From Nemertoderma westbladi (lineage: Eukaryota; Animalia; Xenacoelomorpha): a stretch of 64,000 nucleotides of DNA. Positions within the stretch are counted from its first letter, which is position 1. Each line of letters starts with the position of its first letter. Below are positions 58,713 to 64,000 of the stretch, piece after piece. The notes beneath the pieces were generated by a model. That model was not told where the DNA came from. It saw only the letters and a program-made list of their open reading frames with translations, and ran no database searches. Location: assembly GCA_032718475.1 (NCBI GenBank), contig JAUCBJ010007700.1, forward strand, positions 51,063-115,062. The letters run 5' to 3'. A program made the position numbers and the translations under genes.

Positions 58713-60691
58713 ATTCCCCTTAATTTGTGGTGTTTGGGTCGCCTTTTAAAGTGAATATTTTACAAACTATAACCAATTCACACAGCATTATTGTTATTCT
58801 CTGATCAACGTGACCTTAGCTGAGAACTAATTTTTATACAATAATTTACATTTAGATCACCTTTGTGTCTGTGACACAGTTAGGGCTCGAATCTGCCTTT
58901 TACATTCTTCTTAAAAGGTCCCAATATGAGCTCCACGCTTCTCCACATTACTTGTGCTGTTTCAGAAGAAGATAATCAAATAATGTTAAAATAAAAATTT
59001 CACCCATAAAATTTACATCCGAAGTATATGGAATTGCAATGTCTTCTTTTAGTTTATTGTTTTGGTTACAAGGCCGCCACAATTGTCACCTATGTCGTAA
59101 AATTTGGTTTGCTGTTTTGAAATGAGTCCTTCTCGTTTTATTTTACCGGTGATAGTATTTTTTCGATTCTCAAAAAATAAAAAACACTCTTTTGGATCTC
59201 CACACAAAGAGACATTCGAACAGTTATATATAATATATTTTACCCGTCTAAACTTTAATTAACCTAACCGATCATTTTATAGTTTTTTTGCACTAGAAAA
59301 ACAATAATCTTTTTCCCGGGAGCATAACACAGTAACAGTTTATCAGTTCAAGGAACGGTTTATAAGTTTGTAATTCTGACTGGGAACCATGTCTTGAAGT
59401 CTGATGACGCATTAACCTTGCTTAAGCTGTTTTTTAAGATATATTTTATATATATTAATACTGTAGCACCAATAATTCATCAACCCACTGCACCCTGGAT
59501 GACATCTCGTATTCTTACTTTTATCAGGGAAACAGAGATAACTATTTGTATAAATATTTGTACACCGTTTTTTAGCTGATTATAATAATTACTGCAAGTA
59601 TAGAAACCTTGTCCAATGGGAAATAATAAAATCGAAATCTGAATATTTGTACAACAAAATAAGTGAGAATAAAGATAATCCTAAAAGTCTATGGTCTACC
59701 CTAAAATCTTTAGGTTATAAAAACCTTAAATCTAAATCGAATGTTGTTCTGCAAGATAACGGTGAGCTAGTTCATGATCCTACTCTAGTTAAGTAAACAC
59801 ATTTCCTTGCAAAGTAACCAATCACACTGGTCTACAGCCTGCCATAAGTTGTAAGTTAAAAAGATGGAACATGATGGGATATAATGGGTCGACCCGGGTC
59901 GTAACTTACGACTTATGACATACGATTTGCCAGGCCAGTGGAGCCGCTCCCATTGAAACCAAATGCGTTCCATAATATATATCGATTTATGACGTACACT
60001 GTACGAGTTACGATATACGACATACCAGGGGAGCATAGATCTCAGACATACAGAATTCAGAAAAGTTATTTTTAAAACCCGTTTCTGAGGATTTCGTTTT
60101 CAAACATTTACTTAGCTTACGGCTTCAAAAAGTACCGGTCTAGACATAATACCGGCCCGTTTTATTAAAAATAAAAAAAAAAGGGGAGGGGTCACTAATT
60201 GACTATAATTTGTCATCTCCATATTTACATTTTATCCCAATTTATTGATGTTTTACAGACATTTTCTTTTATTTTATTAATTCAATTTTGCCTCTACAAT
60301 GAACTCAATTCAGGGCACGGCTAGCAGCGCCCCGACAGTCTTTAATTAGCTAAAAGGTATGTCATTATAATAGAATAAAAGATACAAAACATAATTAATA
60401 TATCACGTGATTTGAGATTGCAAACACGGGAGGATTGGAAATTAAATATCGTTTTTTTTTCGGAATCAGTGAACCCCCAGTGAATCAGAGGATATTTAAT
60501 AATGCAGGTGGTGGGATTTTACGGCTTTATTAATAAAATGCAAAACACGTTTAAGAATAATAATTAACTTTTTTTAACATTATTATTCGGAGCCCGTGAT
60601 GGTGTAATGCATCTCCGGATTCCCAAGAATACAAGCATATCGATAGCATCGGAGATTTGGCAACTAGTTGGGCTGACAGAGGTGAGGGACT

Positions 60692-61600
60692 ATACATCAC
60701 TCGAGAGACCTGAGAATCTACATCTCGTGGGAGACCTGAGAGAGTTTACATCTCGTGGGAGACCTGAGAGAGTGTACATCACGTGGGAGACCTGAGAGAG
60801 TGTACATCTCGTGGGAGACCTGAGAGAGTGTACATCTCGTGGGGGACTTGAGAGAGTGTACATCTCGTGGGAGACCTGAGAGAGTGTACATCTCGTGGAA
60901 GACCTGAGAGAGTGTACATCACGTGGGAGACCTGAGAGAGTGTACATCTCGTGGGAGACCTGAGAGAGTGTACATCTCGTGGGGGACTTGAGAGAGTGTA
61001 CATCTCGTGGGAGACCTGAGAGAGTGTACATCTCGTGGGGGACTTGAGAGAGTGTACATCTCGTGGGAGACCTGAGAGAATGTACATCTCGTGGGAGACC
61101 TGAGAGAGTGTACATCTCGTGGGAGACCTGAGAGAGTTTACATCTCGTGGGAGACCTGAGAGAGTGTACATCTCGTGGAAGACCTGGAGTGTACATCACT
61201 TGAGAGACCTGAGAGAGTGTACATCTCCCGGGAGACCTGAGAGAGTGTACATCTCGTGGGAGACCTGAGAGAGAGTACATCTCGTGGGAGACCTGAGAGA
61301 GTGTACATCTCGCGGGAGACCTGAGAGAGTTTACATCTTGTGGGAGACCTGAGAGAGTGTACATCTCGTGGGAGACCTGAGAGAGTTTACATCTCGTGGG
61401 AGACCTGAGAGAGTGTACATCTCGTGGAAGACCTGGAGTGTACATCACTTGAGAGACCTGAGAGAGTGTACATCTCCCGGGAGACCTGAGAGAGTGTACA
61501 TCTCGTGGGAGACCTGAGAGAGAGTACATCTCGTGGGAGACCTGAGAGAGTGTACATCTCGCGGGAGACCTGAGAGTGTACATCTCGTGGGAGACCTGAG
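60692..61600. repeat. 28-bp minisatellite, about 32 units, with higher-order structure
   Basis: Unit GAGACCTGAGAGAGTGTACATCTCGTGG. Confidence 0.97.
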
Positions 61601-61694
61601 GGGCATTACGCGCTAGGCGATTACGCCCGAGGGGGCGTATTCTACAGGGGGGCAATTTCGACTGGGACACCGGTATGCCTGTCTGCCTGAGGTG

Positions 61695-61907
61695 CGAGCC
61701 ACGAAGTGAGCGAAGCCTTATCATATGGGTACCATTAACGAGTTGTCTGTGGTCGTCGTCATCTGTCGTCCTCTCTGTCGTAATTTTTTGATCGCTAATA
61801 ACTCGGTTATTCCTTGATGAAATTAAACGAAACTTGGTATGTATGTAGTCCGGCTAAAGTTTAGAAAGAATCTCAAGTTTGGTCAAAAACGAACGAACGC
61901 AACGAGT
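61695..61907 (+). mobile_element. Helentron/DINE-1-like interspersed repeat (copy 2)
   Basis: Homologous to the reverse complement of 2477-2678. Confidence 0.6.
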
Positions 61908-63069
61908 TTACAGTGGATCCGAGTATCGATCTGCCATAAATCAGCATTTACTCTCACAGTTTCGAGACTTTGCACAGTTATCATGGATACTAACTTTACA
62001 ACTTATCCATATGAGTTAATATGTATAGTCCAATGGCCCCTAATTACCTATGAGACCCACTTGTGAAACAGAGCATCACCCTACAGAAACAACGTATTAG
62101 ATTTGCTGGTCACTGTTCGTCCTTCCTCTAGCGCCAACGCCAACAACATTCGCCCATTTCTCAATGATTCCGATACATGTTTAAAGAGTGTGGGCGAACT
62201 AGCACCTGGTTTGGCTGACATTAAAGTTTGGCGAGGTATTGTTTCGCGAAGTGGCAGTGCACACCGATCTTTTTATGTATTTATTTAATACTGTTTTCAG
62301 GATTATTGGTGTCTGGATATTTGGACAATTTATTAAGTTTATTTTGTGTGGCCTGTGATGCGTTACCAAATTTAGTTTTCAATAAATTATAATATGTAGA
62401 TGAAATGTAATACATCGACCCCGAATATTCCATAATAATAGAAAACAATACAATTAAATAAGACACCTATTTTTCGACTCACTAAAAATAATGACATTTA
62501 AAATATGAAATTTTCACTGAATCTGACGCCAAAATCACTGAAAGTAATCACCCACCACTAAATAATTCATTAATAACTATAACATATTGCAAATCCACTA
62601 AAAATAATTTATCGACGTTTAATTTAATTTATTCTCTAATTATAATCATTATTTTTACTAAAAAAATAATTACAATCACTAAAATGGTTAGGCTCGGTTC
62701 TTACTACCTTGATTGTCTTAACGGACTGTTTGATTTGTCGCGATAAGTTCCAAATGGTAGTAAGGCCTGCCTCTTCAAGTTCCACCGTGATACGTCACCA
62801 ATGATAGGTTAGGTTCCAGGAGCGTATTAGGTCCCGTAGCATAAAGGATTAGGTTTGTAAAGGAACAGGATACACATGTAGCTTTTGGGGAACCAAACCA
62901 ACAAACGAAAGTTAATGGGCAGGTCAGTAAATCGGAAAAGAGTTAGTTTCAGTTCAGACTGTAAGTATAAACTCAATAACAAATAATGATTATTTTTAGA
63001 ATAATAATATTTAGTGAATAAATTATTATCTAATTAGGTGGATACTAATTAATATAGAATGATAATATA

Positions 63070-63210
63070 ATTATTGATGTAATATTATGGTTTTGTTCAG
63101 AAGTGGAAAAAAATGAGAAAGCGCGTCACCGGGGGTTGAACCAGCGCTATACGTACGTTTCAGCCTATCAGGCCTCATCAGTAGGGAAAACCAGTTCAGC
63201 CACTTGTCCC
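63070..63210 (-). mobile_element. tRNA-headed element with an intact hammerhead catalytic core (family 1, copy B)
   Basis: Minus strand reads GTGGCTGAACTGG-TTTTCCCTA-CTGATGA-GGCCT GAT AGGCT-GAAA-C-GTAC-GTA-TAGCGCT-GGTTCAACCCC, with the same 3' tail as copy A. Confidence 0.78.
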
Positions 63211-63613
63211 TGACATTCACTATCCCACCTAATCCACTTCTATTGAACAGGCAGTCTTAAGTTGCATATCCTATCTCTCAACTCCAATTTATTTATTTCA
63301 TATAATTATTAACACACATTCCGCGTATAAAGAAATCTCCCGTAGCTCCTACACTGTGTGTTTATGCACTGTGACGCGCTCTCGCTTGTTACACCAAATT
63401 ACGTTTCAGATCTCTGGGGAATACCGTATTATTCCTGTTTGGATGCCTCCGTCCTGTACTGTATACAGCTGTACTGGTGGTATTTATAATATAATCTCAC
63501 TGCTCTGGTAGGAACATCCCACGATCAATCCTATACTCATCGCGATTCTTGACGCGATGGTTTTTGAATAAGTTATAAATCCGATGGTAATTAACTTTTT
63601 TTTCACTCCCCAG

Positions 63614-63826
63614 AATGGTAAGAAAAAGTCCCGCGCTATGCTGTGGGTCTCCTCGGATTCGTTGCGAGTTGTCGACGAGGACAAGCAACTCATCGTGGAT
63701 CAGACCATCGAGAAGGTCTCCTTCTGCGCCCCGGATCGCAACATGGATCGCGGATTCAGTTACATCTGTCGCGATGGGTCCACCCGTCGGTGGTTGTGTC
63801 ACGGGTTCATTGCTGTCAAGGATTCC
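63614..63826 (+). CDS. NUMB: Internal coding exon of Numb (PTB domain)
   Basis: Bounded by CCCAG| and |GTGAGT, 213 bp, phase 0. Encodes [53 protein letters not shown], the Numb PTB signature. Confidence 0.96.
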
Positions 63827-64000
63827 GTGAGTCTCAGTCCCTCTAGTATAATACGGTTCACTTTGTGTTGTTTTTAAAAAAAAAAAGAATCTTCAATCTA
63901 TATAATTAAAAAATATAATTGTCTCTGGACCCCCAAAGTTCCGCAATACAACCTAAACCTTCCTGCGGCGATCGCTCCTTTTCCTTCGCCGCTTTGACTG

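Noticed and set aside
59395-59435. CTGATGA followed by a short hairpin as another hammerhead
   Set aside because: No GAAA and no helix III.
60690-61724. 344-aa and 130-aa minus-strand ORFs
   Set aside because: Translations of the 28-bp satellite.
62060-62250. ITLQKQRIRFAGHC...WRGIV peptide resembling an RTE C-terminus
   Set aside because: Too short and degraded to delimit; probably an old LINE relic, so not listed as a feature.

Overview
AT-rich, repeat-dense animal (probably invertebrate) genomic DNA, not prokaryotic. Host genes are all on the + strand: an intronless 1580-aa low-complexity RS/Pro-rich orphan ORF with an in-frame 30-bp minisatellite, intronless SMYD4-like and MOB4/phocein genes, a small Ly6/three-finger-like GPI-type ORF, and one internal coding exon of Numb. 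The rest is mostly transposon-derived. It includes a young but internally deleted BEL/Pao LTR retrotransposon (45388-57747) with an extra zinc-knuckle ORF, a decayed Kolobok element with an intron-containing transposase, a Sola-like element, RTE LINE copies, hAT and other MITEs, Helentron/DINE-like repeats, Nin/Deu-domain SINEs and several satellites, often nested. The most unusual signal is three short elements from two sequence families (about 25.8, 38.2 and 63.2 kb). In each, a minimal type I hammerhead ribozyme motif sits between the A and B boxes of a tRNA-like Pol III head. All calls come from reading the sequence by eye; no searches or folding programs were run.
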